Assembly (NCBI GenBank): GCA_031283155.1
Contig: JAITCI010000076.1
Span: 14,923-78,922 of the forward strand
DNA length: 64,000 nucleotides
Direction of reading: 5' to 3'
Source of the DNA: Spirochaetota bacterium
GTDB lineage: Bacteria; Spirochaetota; JAGLSM01; JAKPMW01
Below are positions 19,114-27,607 of the stretch, in pieces (the first letter of the stretch is position 1; each line of letters starts with the position of its first letter). A program made the translations under genes and the position numbers. The notes beneath the pieces are model-generated. The model had not been told where the DNA came from. It searched no databases and saw only the letters and a program-made list of their open reading frames with translations.

Positions 19114-19257
19114 TCAGTCCGCAACCTCCGTTACATTGCTTTGCACATATTTATCAAATTCTTCCGGGGACATTTTTCCGTTGTACATTTCCCAGAGCGA
19201 CGTCTTCAGTTCGTCCATGTTCGCAAATTTGGCGCCATCGATTTTATATTTTGGCAT
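19114..19257 (-). CDS. Unannotated small ORF (47 aa, MPKYKIDGAKFANMDELKTSLWEMYNGKMSPEEFDKYVQSNVTEVAD) with a strong Shine-Dalgarno
   Basis: AAGGAGG is 6 nt upstream of the ATG (minus strand, 19261-19270 on the plus strand). It falls below the 60-aa cut-off of the ORF track, has AT-rich codon usage, and is followed by the inverted repeat. Confidence 0.45.
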   Translation of the reverse strand: MPKYKIDGAKFANMDELKTSLWEMYNGKMSPEEFDKYVQSNVTEVAD

Positions 19258-19340
19258 AACGCGCCTCCTTGAAGTGGATCAGCTTTATTGTAGCGCCTGA
19301 AGGGCAGACTGTCAAAAGAATTTCAGGATCGCGCGGAGGT

Positions 19341-20072
19341 CTATATCCCAAATTCAAGACGTTCCGCGAGAAATGCGGGAAGCCCCGCTTCAAGAATTTT
19401 GCGCTGCGCTATCCCTATCTCGTAAGAAACGGCGAAGAATTGCAGGAAGGAGTCCTGCGTATCCAGCACCGCAAACCAGGCCTTTGGAGAACGGTTGCGC
19501 GCCTGGCCGGTTGAGCCGGGATTTGCGAGGAAGGGTTTTTCCGGATCGACAAGAATATGAGTTGCGGTATGCATATTCCGGAACAGACCCGGCTCCTGTA
19601 TAAAACAGGGAATATGTGTGTGTCCAAAAAAGCCGCCCAAAGTATTTGGATATTGCTCCATGAAACGAATGTTGGCCTGCGCTTCTTCACGCGAGGTGAT
19701 ATAGGCATTCGTGTATATCAGCGAAGAGTGAAAAACATGGAGCCTGTGCCGCTTTTGTTCAACCGGTAACGCCGCGAGCCAGGCCAGGCTTTCCTCGTTG
19801 AGCTGCCTGCGCGTCCAGTCGGCGGCGATGTGCGCATTGAGCGTGAAGTTGTCAGGAGTGTGCGGGAGCGTGGCCGCGATATCGTGATTACCCTGCACGA
19901 CAAGCGAACAATTTTGCCGGATAAGCTGCAGACAGGCAAGCGGATCCGCGCCGTACCCGACAATATCGCCGATACACCAGATCTCGTCTACCCGGCTGGA
20001 ATCGATCTTTCGCAGCACGGCAAGAAGCGCTTCAAGATTGGCGTGGACGTCCGCGAGGAGGGCGATGCGCAT
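19341..20072 (-). CDS. Calcineurin-like metallophosphoesterase
   Basis: DVHAN, GDIVGYG, GNHD and GHTH phosphoesterase motifs. Confidence 0.8.
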   Translation of the reverse strand: MRIALLADVHANLEALLAVLRKIDSSRVDEIWCIGDIVGYGADPLACLQLIRQNCSLVVQGNHDIAATLPHTPDNFTLNAHIAADWTRRQLNEESLAWLAALPVEQKRHRLHVFHSSLIYTNAYITSREEAQANIRFMEQYPNTLGGFFGHTHIPCFIQEPGLFRNMHTATHILVDPEKPFLANPGSTGQARNRSPKAWFAVLDTQDSFLQFFAVSYEIGIAQRKILEAGLPAFLAERLEFGI

Positions 20073-20073
20073 A

Positions 20074-20772
20074 CTAGATCCAATACCAGGGATTTACAAT
20101 ATACGAGTCCGCCGGAAGCTGCATCAGGAGCAGGAAACAGAGAGTTGCGGCAGCGAGGATCGCGCACAGCCATATAAGGCGCGTGTGTAACACATACAGG
20201 CGATCAGGATTTTTGCACACATTCATCGCGTACCCGGCAAGGGAGAGGATAGCCAGAAACACGCCTGTGACCAAGCCCATACGCGCAACCCAGGCCAGGG
20301 CTGAAATCAGGGAGTGCGTCCCGGTGCCGTCGATACTCTCCAGCAGGGCAAAAAGTCCGATACCGCAGGCAAGAAAGCCGGTGGTCCACTTGCCGAGCCT
20401 GTTCGACGGCGGGATGATTTTTGTTTTGCGTATGAGGAAGATTCCGGCTATCGCGATGACGAGATCCTTGGCCGCGATGATGGCGAAAAACAGAAGCGAG
20501 ATGCGCGCGGATATGAGCAGCGCGAGGACGGCGGCGGCAAGGCAGAGCTTATCGCCCAGGGGATCGAGGATCAAGCCAAGCTGTGTACTCTGATTCAGCC
20601 GTCTGGCCAGAGCGCCGTCCAGAAAATCGCTTATTATAACGACAGCGACAAGAAGTATCAGCAGCAGAAACGAAAGTTCTGTTTGCGAGAGGAGGTAAAA
20701 CGCAAACGGCGCAAGGAAAACGCGCGCAAGAGAAAGTAAATTAGGTATAAGAAAAATATCCTTTGCGGACAT
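20074..20772 (-). CDS. CDP-alcohol phosphatidyltransferase (PgsA-like)
   Basis: DFLDGALARRLNQSTQLGLILDPLGDK matches the family motif D-G-x2-A-R-x8-G-x3-D-x3-D. Multi-TM. Confidence 0.8.
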   Translation of the reverse strand: MSAKDIFLIPNLLSLARVFLAPFAFYLLSQTELSFLLLILLVAVVIISDFLDGALARRLNQSTQLGLILDPLGDKLCLAAAVLALLISARISLLFFAIIAAKDLVIAIAGIFLIRKTKIIPPSNRLGKWTTGFLACGIGLFALLESIDGTGTHSLISALAWVARMGLVTGVFLAILSLAGYAMNVCKNPDRLYVLHTRLIWLCAILAAATLCFLLLMQLPADSYIVNPWYWI

Positions 20773-20830
20773 TTGTTTGCTCCCGTGTTCCGGCTGCGAA
20801 TACCATCATACCATAAAGGAAGCAAAAAAA

Positions 20831-20866
20831 ATCCGGAAAAAACCGTCCAGGCAGTTTTTTCCGGAT
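20831..20866. promoter_or_regulatory. Perfect 13-bp inverted repeat ATCCGGAAAAAAC-N10-GTTTTTTCCGGAT in a divergent promoter region
   Basis: Lies between the 5' ends of the PgsA-like gene (minus) and the amidohydrolase gene (plus). Candidate operator or attenuator. Confidence 0.35.
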
Positions 20867-21063
20867 CACCAATCAGGAACAAAGCGGTTGGATAGTCCGC
20901 TTTGCACGGTAAAAAAGACCTGATGACGACCGCCGATCAAAGGGAGGGAAATCAGCGCCCGCCGTTATATTGAGTATCGTCGGCTCGTTTTGGAAACTTG
21001 AGAGTCCTTCGCGCATTTATTTTTGTTAGTTTTGCAGAGCTTAAGCCAAAAGAGGACAGAATA

Positions 21064-21858
21064 ATGCGCATAACAGACTTTCACACCCACGCCTTCTCCG
21101 GCAAGGTATATGAGCGCGCAATGGAAAGGCTCACCGAGGGTTCGGGCATTCCGCCCTTTCATAACGGATCGCTCGCGGGGCTCCTTGCCTCAATGGACGC
21201 GGCGGGGATCAGCCGCTCCGTGATGCTCTCCATTGCCACGAAACCAGAGCAATTCGACGTTATACGCGCGTGGTGCCGCGAGGCGGCCAGCGAGCGCATC
21301 GTACCCTTCGCTTCGGTTATGCCCCAGCACGAGAGCGCCGCGCGCGGGGTGCGGCAGATCGCCGCCGATGGAATATTGGGTATTAAGATTCATCCCTGCT
21401 ATCAGGGCTTTGTGCTGGACGCGCCCGAATTGGATCCCTTTTACGGCGCGGTGGCGGATACGGGGCTCATTTTGCTTGCGCATACCGGCTACGACATCGC
21501 CTATCCCGCGCGGGAGCAGAATGCCACGCCCGAACGTACCGCGCGCGTTTTTGAGCGCTTTCCGGGCATACGCATGATCGCGGCGCATTTTGGCGGCTGG
21601 GAGGACTGGGAGGACGTGAAGCGCCACCTCCTGGGACGTCCCGTTTGGCTGGAGACATCATTTCTTGTGTGCCGCCGCGACGCCGAATATTCGCGCGAAA
21701 TGTTTCTCTCGCACGATCCTGATTATCTCCTCTTTGGGACGGATTCGCCCTGGGTGGGACAAAAGGAGGAACTTGCGCGGCTCCGCACCCTCGGGCTTCC
21801 CGACGAACTTATGACCAAACTGCTGGATACGAATGCCGCGCGGTTATTGGGACGGTGA
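21064..21858 (+). CDS. TIM-barrel metal-dependent amidohydrolase family protein
   Basis: N-terminal DFHTH metal-binding motif, about 265 aa. SD agagga before the ATG at 21064. Confidence 0.75.
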   Translation: MRITDFHTHAFSGKVYERAMERLTEGSGIPPFHNGSLAGLLASMDAAGISRSVMLSIATKPEQFDVIRAWCREAASERIVPFASVMPQHESAARGVRQIAADGILGIKIHPCYQGFVLDAPELDPFYGAVADTGLILLAHTGYDIAYPAREQNATPERTARVFERFPGIRMIAAHFGGWEDWEDVKRHLLGRPVWLETSFLVCRRDAEYSREMFLSHDPDYLLFGTDSPWVGQKEELARLRTLGLPDELMTKLLDTNAARLLGR

Positions 21859-22069
21859 CAAAGCGGGGTCGCGGAAGGTCAGCGGCGCTGGGCTGCGCCC
21901 GCCGGGTACACTGAGGATGTGTGCGCCCCGCAACACGGCGAAGTGTCCTGTGGGTAATGTTGCGTTTTTGGGCTGCGAGTTGACAGGACGTCAGCGCGCG
22001 GTAGGATAAGGAAAAATATTGATGTGGAGTTTGTCAAAAGGACAAACAAAAACAGAAGGAGATAATGCC

Positions 22070-22900
22070 ATGAAAGTGCCTCAATACCTTGAACTGTTTA
22101 ATCCCGTGTTGCTGGCTTTACACGCTTTAGGTGGAAGCGGCTCAGTTGAAGAGATATATAGCAAGGTTATTGAACAGCAAAATTATTCTGCTGATGTTGT
22201 AAATGCTACTCGAGGGAACAGGCAAACGGCTCTGGAATACAATCTTGCATGGGCAAGAACATATCTGAAAAACTATGGACTCATAGAAAATACCGCCAGA
22301 GGAATTTGGAGTATTGCGAGTGGAAAACTTGGTATTACAGAAGTAGACGCAAAAGCAGTCGTAAATTATGTCCTATCGATGCCGAAAAAAATAAAAGATA
22401 GTTCTGCTGAGGATATTCCTATTAATGAAAGTATAAAGTGGCAGGAAGAATTATTGGAAATTTTACTAAGCATATCGCCGGAAGCCTTTGAGCGGCTCAC
22501 GCAAAGAATATTGCGCGAATCGGGTTTTTCACAAGTAGAGGTGACGGGCAAAACTGGCGATGGCGGAATAGACGGGAGAGGACTATTTAAGGTAGCAAAG
22601 CTCATTAGTTTTAGGGTGTTTTTCCAATGTAAGAGATGGCAGAAATCGGTGTCAGCCAGCGATATACGTGATTTTCGTGGGGCTTTGCAGGGAAGAGCCG
22701 ACAAAGGGTTATTTGTCACAACAGGGAATTTCACACGAGATGCAATGAAGGAGGCTTCCCGCGATGGTGCTCCGCCGATAGATCTGATCGATGGCGAGAT
22801 GCTGACAGACATAATCAAAGAGCTGAATCTCGGGTTACTTATCGAGATAGAACAAGTCGAAAAAATTACAATAAATAAAAATTGGTTTTTGCAAATATAA
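22070..22900 (+). CDS. mrr: Mrr-family type IV (modification-dependent) restriction endonuclease
   Basis: Mrr_N winged-helix N-terminus, and a Mrr_cat core with GDGGIDG ... QCKRW ... LFVTTGNFT. Strong SD aaggaga. Confidence 0.85.
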   Translation: MKVPQYLELFNPVLLALHALGGSGSVEEIYSKVIEQQNYSADVVNATRGNRQTALEYNLAWARTYLKNYGLIENTARGIWSIASGKLGITEVDAKAVVNYVLSMPKKIKDSSAEDIPINESIKWQEELLEILLSISPEAFERLTQRILRESGFSQVEVTGKTGDGGIDGRGLFKVAKLISFRVFFQCKRWQKSVSASDIRDFRGALQGRADKGLFVTTGNFTRDAMKEASRDGAPPIDLIDGEMLTDIIKELNLGLLIEIEQVEKITINKNWFLQI

Positions 22901-22928
22901 AGGAAATTGTAATTCAGGAGGAATCATT

Positions 22929-23282
22929 ATGAGCATCGCGAATATGTTTGAAGAGAAATCAAAGGGGATTGAATACGCGCCGCACAAGAAATTCAAAGGG
23001 GTATATCTGAAACACCTTGTCACAGGCGCAATGACGGATAACCGGATAAGCTGCCATTTGGTTAAGGTTGATCCGTTTTGTGTGCTTGAAGCGCATACTC
23101 ATCCCGAGCAGATTGAGATTCATGAGGTCATCGATGGCGATGGCGTTTGCACAATCGCGGATAAAAAATTGCAGTATACGCCCGGAGTTGTTGAAGCTGT
23201 TCCGCAGGGCGTTACGCACGAGGTAGTAGCGGGAAAAGACGGCATATATATTCTGGCGAAATTTGTCCCTGCGCTTCTCTAG
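22929..23282 (+). CDS. Small cupin-domain protein
   Basis: HTHPEQIEIHEV ... GVTHEV has the cupin His/Glu pattern. SD aggagg. Same AT-rich composition as mrr. Confidence 0.7.
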   Translation: MSIANMFEEKSKGIEYAPHKKFKGVYLKHLVTGAMTDNRISCHLVKVDPFCVLEAHTHPEQIEIHEVIDGDGVCTIADKKLQYTPGVVEAVPQGVTHEVVAGKDGIYILAKFVPALL

Positions 23283-23342
23283 CCCGAGCTGCTTCCGAAG
23301 TAGGAGTACGTATTTCGGAACGGATGTCGCAAGCAAGCGCTG

Positions 23343-23425
23343 GGCTAGAACAGGAGGTTTTGACCCGCGCGAAGCGTACAAGGTAAGCGCGTACAAGGCG
23401 AAGTACCCGTAGGGTAAAATACGCT
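23343..23425. repeat. Intergenic repeat element, copy 2 (near-identical to 9226-9282) plus a related 3' segment
   Basis: GGCTAGAACAGGAGGTTTTGACCCGCGCGAAGCGTACAAGGTAAGCGCGTACAAGG compared with the copy after leuS. Confidence 0.5.
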
Positions 23426-23739
23426 CTTTCCCTCGCTTTTGGCCATCCTTGGCCGCAAGGGACGCTCCCATCCAGGTCGCAGGCGAGGGCTAACACACCT
23501 TTGCTGTGCCGCAGCAGGGCATAGGATGGCGAAAGCGCTGTATTACCCCGAAGGGCGAAATTTCCGTGTCCCAGAGCTGCGGTTAAGCGCGCTACCCCGC
23601 GCCGGTCGCAACATCCTGTTGCGCGCGGGGCGCAAACATCGTGTTTGCGGCGGCTGAACAAAATTCGTTATAAACAGCCGCAGCAATCACTCTGTATGCG
23701 TTCCATGTTCCCAAAAAAATATACAACTGCGTTATACTT

Positions 23740-24273
23740 TTACCCGCGATCAAAGAACGGACTCTTGCCGCTGGCCGAGAGCGGGATCGCGTAGGCCACT
23801 TTGATTTCGGGCGTAAAGAAGCCGCACTGTATCGCGGCAATGGCGGCAGAATACATGATGCGATTATCTACGCGCAGATCCGCCGCGATGCTGACCGCCG
23901 AACCCACCGCGATACCGAGATCGCTGATCGCGAAAACGCACACCCCGCCGGGTCCCTGTCCGAGGCTCTCGCAATTTGGGTAGCCGCAGAGCGAGCATAA
24001 TTTGAGTTTGCGCGGGCGTGTGCCTGTGCCAATCAGGAGTACCACGGGCGCTGCGCGGACGTTTTCGCTGTCGCGCGTAAATCCGGCCAGCCCCCTGCTC
24101 TGCCCAATCTGCGCCATGGTATCGGCAAGGCGCGTTTTCTCGTCTCCGGTTACGATCAGGATCTCGAGCTGATCGTCGCCGCGTCCTTTCGGCGCGGTGC
24201 GGGCGGCCTGCGCCATTTGCTTTGCCGCGCACACAAGACTCTCTTCGCGGATTGCGGTTTCATTTGTCAGCAT
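23740..24273 (-). CDS. Hypothetical Cys-motif protein (CSLCGYPNC; possibly DUF2148/ferredoxin-like)
   Basis: 177-aa ORF with a conserved-looking Cys cluster. The family name is tentative. Confidence 0.55.
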   Translation of the reverse strand: MLTNETAIREESLVCAAKQMAQAARTAPKGRGDDQLEILIVTGDEKTRLADTMAQIGQSRGLAGFTRDSENVRAAPVVLLIGTGTRPRKLKLCSLCGYPNCESLGQGPGGVCVFAISDLGIAVGSAVSIAADLRVDNRIMYSAAIAAIQCGFFTPEIKVAYAIPLSASGKSPFFDRG

Positions 24274-24391
24274 ATTTCACCTCGCTTAAGTAATGATCTC
24301 CCTGCTCTCTGTATACCTGCTTGTCTCCCGCCGCGCGCGTACCTAAATTTTCGCGGAGGCATCATATAAATATAGATAAAGGCAACAGAGT

Positions 24392-27300
24392 ATGTTCAAG
24401 CCGGTTCCGTCCGACGTTTCGTTTCCCAAACTCGAAGAAGAGATACTCGCTTTTTGGCGGGAGCGTCAGACCTTTGAGAAATCCCTCGCCCTGCGCGCGG
24501 GATCACCCCCGAGCTCATCGCCATCCGTGGCGGCTCGGGGCGCGAACCTCCTGTTCGCAGGAGAATACGTCTTTTACGACGGCCCGCCCTTTGCCACGGG
24601 GCTGCCGCACTACGGGCATCTCTTGCCGGGCACGGTAAAGGATATCATTCCGCGGTATCAAACCATGAAGGGGCGCTACGTTCCGCGCCGCTTTGGCTGG
24701 GATACGCACGGGCTTCCCGTTGAAAACGAGATCGAGAAAAAGCTGAACCTGCATACCAAACGCGACATCGAAAATTACGGTATCGCGCGGTTTAATGAGG
24801 AATGTCAGAGCATCGTGCTGCGCTATGTGCGGGAGTGGGAAAAAACGGTGGAGCGTTCGGGGCGCTGGGTGGATTTCAAAAACGCCTACCGCACCATGGA
24901 ACTCGGGTATATGGAAAGCATCCTCTGGGTTTTCCGCCAGCTCTGGGACAAGGGGCTGATCTACCGCGGATTCAAGATTCTCCCGTACTGCCCGCGCTGC
25001 GCGACGCCGCTCTCCAATTTTGAGACGAACCAGGGGTATCGCGAGGTCGCGGATCCCGCGATCACCGTGCGCTTTGCGCTGCAGGATGAGGACGCGAGCA
25101 TCCTTGCCTGGACAACCACGCCCTGGACGCTGCCCTCCAATATGGGGCTTGCGGTGGGCGAGGTGATTACCTACGCGCTGGTCGAGGATGCGGATGGCCG
25201 CTTTATCCTGGCGCGCGACCGCCTCGCGGCATATTACAAGAGCGAAACGCAGTACAAGGTTGTGCGCGAATTTCAGGGGGCGGAACTTGTGGGGCGCGAA
25301 TATGTTCCGCTGTTCCCGTACTTCGCCGACAAAAAGAGCGAGGGCGCGTTTCGCGTGATCGCGGGTGATTTTGTGAGTACGGAGGACGGCACGGGTATTG
25401 TCCATATCGCGCCAGGCTTCGGCGAGGACGACGCGCGCGTGGGGCTTGCCTTTGGGATTCCGGCGGTATGCCCGATGGACGACGAGGGGCGGTTTACCTC
25501 CGAGGTAGTGGACTACGCGGGCGTGTTTGTGAAGGACGCCGACCGTGCGATCATCCAGCGCCTCAAAAAAGAGCGCAAGCTGATTAAGCAGGATCAATAC
25601 ACCCATAATTATCCGCATTGCTGGCGCTGCGATTCGCCGCTGTTGTACCGCGCCGTTTCGAGCTGGTTTGTGTCCATCGAAAAAATCAAGGCCGATATGC
25701 TAGCCGCGAATGAGCGCGTTGTATGGATACCGGCGCATTTAAAGCACGGGCGTTTTGGCAAGTGGCTGGAGGGTGCGCGCGACTGGGCGATCTCGCGAAA
25801 CCGCTACTGGGGTTCTCCGATTCCGGTTTGGGTTTGCGAACGCGCGGAGTGCGGGCATAGCGTTTGCGTCGGCTCCATTGAGGAGCTGGAGCGTTTTTCC
25901 GGACAGAAAGTGACGAACCTGCATAAGCATCACGTGGACGCCCTTGCCTGGAAATGTCCGCAATGCGGCGCGGTGATGCGGCGTACCCCCGAGGTGCTGG
26001 ACTGCTGGTTTGAGTCCGGGGCAATGCCCTACGCGCAGGCGCACTATCCCTTCGAGAACAAGGAGCGCTTCGAGGCAACCTTCCCCGCGGATTTTATCGC
26101 CGAATCCCTGGATCAGACGCGCGGCTGGTTTTATACCCTGATCGTGCTCGCGGCGGCGCTCTTTAAGGATACCGCTTTCAAAAATGTGGTGGTCACGGGG
26201 CTCGTACTCGCGGAGGACGGGCAGAAGATGTCGAAGCATCTGCGCAATTATCCCGAGGTATCCGAGATACTCAACGATTTCGGCGCGGACGCATTGCGCC
26301 TCTATCTTATGAATTCCGCCCTTGTGAAGGCGGAGGAACTCAAATTCTCGGCGGGCGGCGTAAAGGAGATCCTGCGCGCCTTTCATCTGCCGTTATGGAA
26401 TTCGTACAGCTTTTTTGCCACCTACGCGATTGTGGACAACTGGGATCCGGAGCGCGACGCCATTCCGCTCTCCGCCGTTACGCATCCCCTGGATCGCTGG
26501 ATACTCTCCGCCGTGCAGCGCCTGACGATGGATATGGACGCCTCCCTGGAGGCCTACGATCTCCAGCGCGCGATTCCGCCCATGCTCTCGTTTTTGGACG
26601 CGCTCACCAACTGGTATATCCGGAGATCGCGTCGGCGCTTTTGGCGTTCTGCTTCCGATGATGCAAGCGCGCAGGGTTTGGACGACGAGAAGAAGGGCGC
26701 GTACACCACGCTGTATCATGTACTGACGCGCTTTGCCCAGATAGCGGCACCGATTACGCCCTTCATCAGCGAAGCGATATGGCAGGGCTTACGCGCGGGC
26801 GATATGCCCGAGAGCGTGCATCTGTGCGATTACCCGGGCGCGATTGCGGAACTGCGCGCTCCCGATCTTGAGGCGGAGATGGCGCTTGCGATGCGCACGG
26901 TATCGATGGGGCGCGCGCTCCGGAGCCAGCGCAAGATTAAGGTGCGTCAGCCGCTCGCGGCGATTCATCTGGTGACGAGCGACGCGAATGAGCGCGCTAT
27001 CCTCGCGCGGCTTGAGGATATACTCTGCGAAGAGCTGAACGTAAAGCGTGTGATCTTCGGCGAGCGCGAGGAGGAACTTGTTACGCTTTCGGCGAAGGCG
27101 AATTTCAAGACTCTCGGTGCGCGCCTCGGCAAGGATATGAAGCGCGCGGCGGGGCTGATCGAAAAGATGGGCAGCGCCGAACTCGCCGAACTGCGTGCGC
27201 GGGGGAGCTTCCGGCTTACCGACAGCGATCTCTGCATTGCCATCGGAGTTGACGACGTGCTGGTTCACCGCAGCGAAAGGGAGGGGCTCGTTGTGATGAA

Positions 27301-27607
27301 CGAGGGCACCCTGACCATCGCCCTGGACAGCACCCAGAGCGAAGAGCTGGAGCTGGAGGGGCTCGCGCGCGATTTGGTGCATCAGATACAGATCATACGC
27401 AAGGAGAGCGGATTCGCGATCACCGACCGGATCCGCGTATACTACGCCGGGGATGAGCGGGTCTCCGCCGCTTTTGAGCGTTTTGGTGCGTATATTAAGA
27501 GCGAGGTTTTGGCGTTGGATATGCAGCTTGGCGCGAACTCCGGCGAAACGTACTCCTTTGACGGGGTGGATGCGTGTCTGGCGGTAGAGCGGGCGGACAA
27601 TAAATGA
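24392..27607 (+). CDS. ileS: Isoleucyl-tRNA synthetase
   Basis: HYGH (HIGH-type) motif, KMSKH(L), 1071 aa, and clear IleS homology throughout. Confidence 0.97.
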   Translation: MFKPVPSDVSFPKLEEEILAFWRERQTFEKSLALRAGSPPSSSPSVAARGANLLFAGEYVFYDGPPFATGLPHYGHLLPGTVKDIIPRYQTMKGRYVPRRFGWDTHGLPVENEIEKKLNLHTKRDIENYGIARFNEECQSIVLRYVREWEKTVERSGRWVDFKNAYRTMELGYMESILWVFRQLWDKGLIYRGFKILPYCPRCATPLSNFETNQGYREVADPAITVRFALQDEDASILAWTTTPWTLPSNMGLAVGEVITYALVEDADGRFILARDRLAAYYKSETQYKVVREFQGAELVGREYVPLFPYFADKKSEGAFRVIAGDFVSTEDGTGIVHIAPGFGEDDARVGLAFGIPAVCPMDDEGRFTSEVVDYAGVFVKDADRAIIQRLKKERKLIKQDQYTHNYPHCWRCDSPLLYRAVSSWFVSIEKIKADMLAANERVVWIPAHLKHGRFGKWLEGARDWAISRNRYWGSPIPVWVCERAECGHSVCVGSIEELERFSGQKVTNLHKHHVDALAWKCPQCGAVMRRTPEVLDCWFESGAMPYAQAHYPFENKERFEATFPADFIAESLDQTRGWFYTLIVLAAALFKDTAFKNVVVTGLVLAEDGQKMSKHLRNYPEVSEILNDFGADALRLYLMNSALVKAEELKFSAGGVKEILRAFHLPLWNSYSFFATYAIVDNWDPERDAIPLSAVTHPLDRWILSAVQRLTMDMDASLEAYDLQRAIPPMLSFLDALTNWYIRRSRRRFWRSASDDASAQGLDDEKKGAYTTLYHVLTRFAQIAAPITPFISEAIWQGLRAGDMPESVHLCDYPGAIAELRAPDLEAEMALAMRTVSMGRALRSQRKIKVRQPLAAIHLVTSDANERAILARLEDILCEELNVKRVIFGEREEELVTLSAKANFKTLGARLGKDMKRAAGLIEKMGSAELAELRARGSFRLTDSDLCIAIGVDDVLVHRSEREGLVVMNEGTLTIALDSTQSEELELEGLARDLVHQIQIIRKESGFAITDRIRVYYAGDERVSAAFERFGAYIKSEVLALDMQLGANSGETYSFDGVDACLAVERADNK

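Larger units (their letters stand above)
21990..23300. other. AT-rich (~40% GC by eye) genomic islet carrying Mrr + cupin, embedded in ~62% GC DNA
   Basis: Sharp compositional drop. It is flanked by related about 28-bp sequences (21937-21964 GGCGAAGTGTCCTGTGGGTAATGTTGCG and 23397-23424 GGCGAAGTACCCGTAGGGTAAAATACGC) and by GCGCTGGGCT at 21885 and 23337. Confidence 0.55.

Noticed and set aside
21859-22069. Search for a tRNA or tmRNA gene at the boundary of the AT-rich islet as an integration target
   Set aside because: No cloverleaf-compatible sequence and no T-loop GTTCRANYC box on either flank. The islet appears flanked by short repeats instead.
24515-25618. 367-aa minus-strand ORF inside ileS
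   Set aside because: It is antisense to a certain gene and its translation has no domain features.
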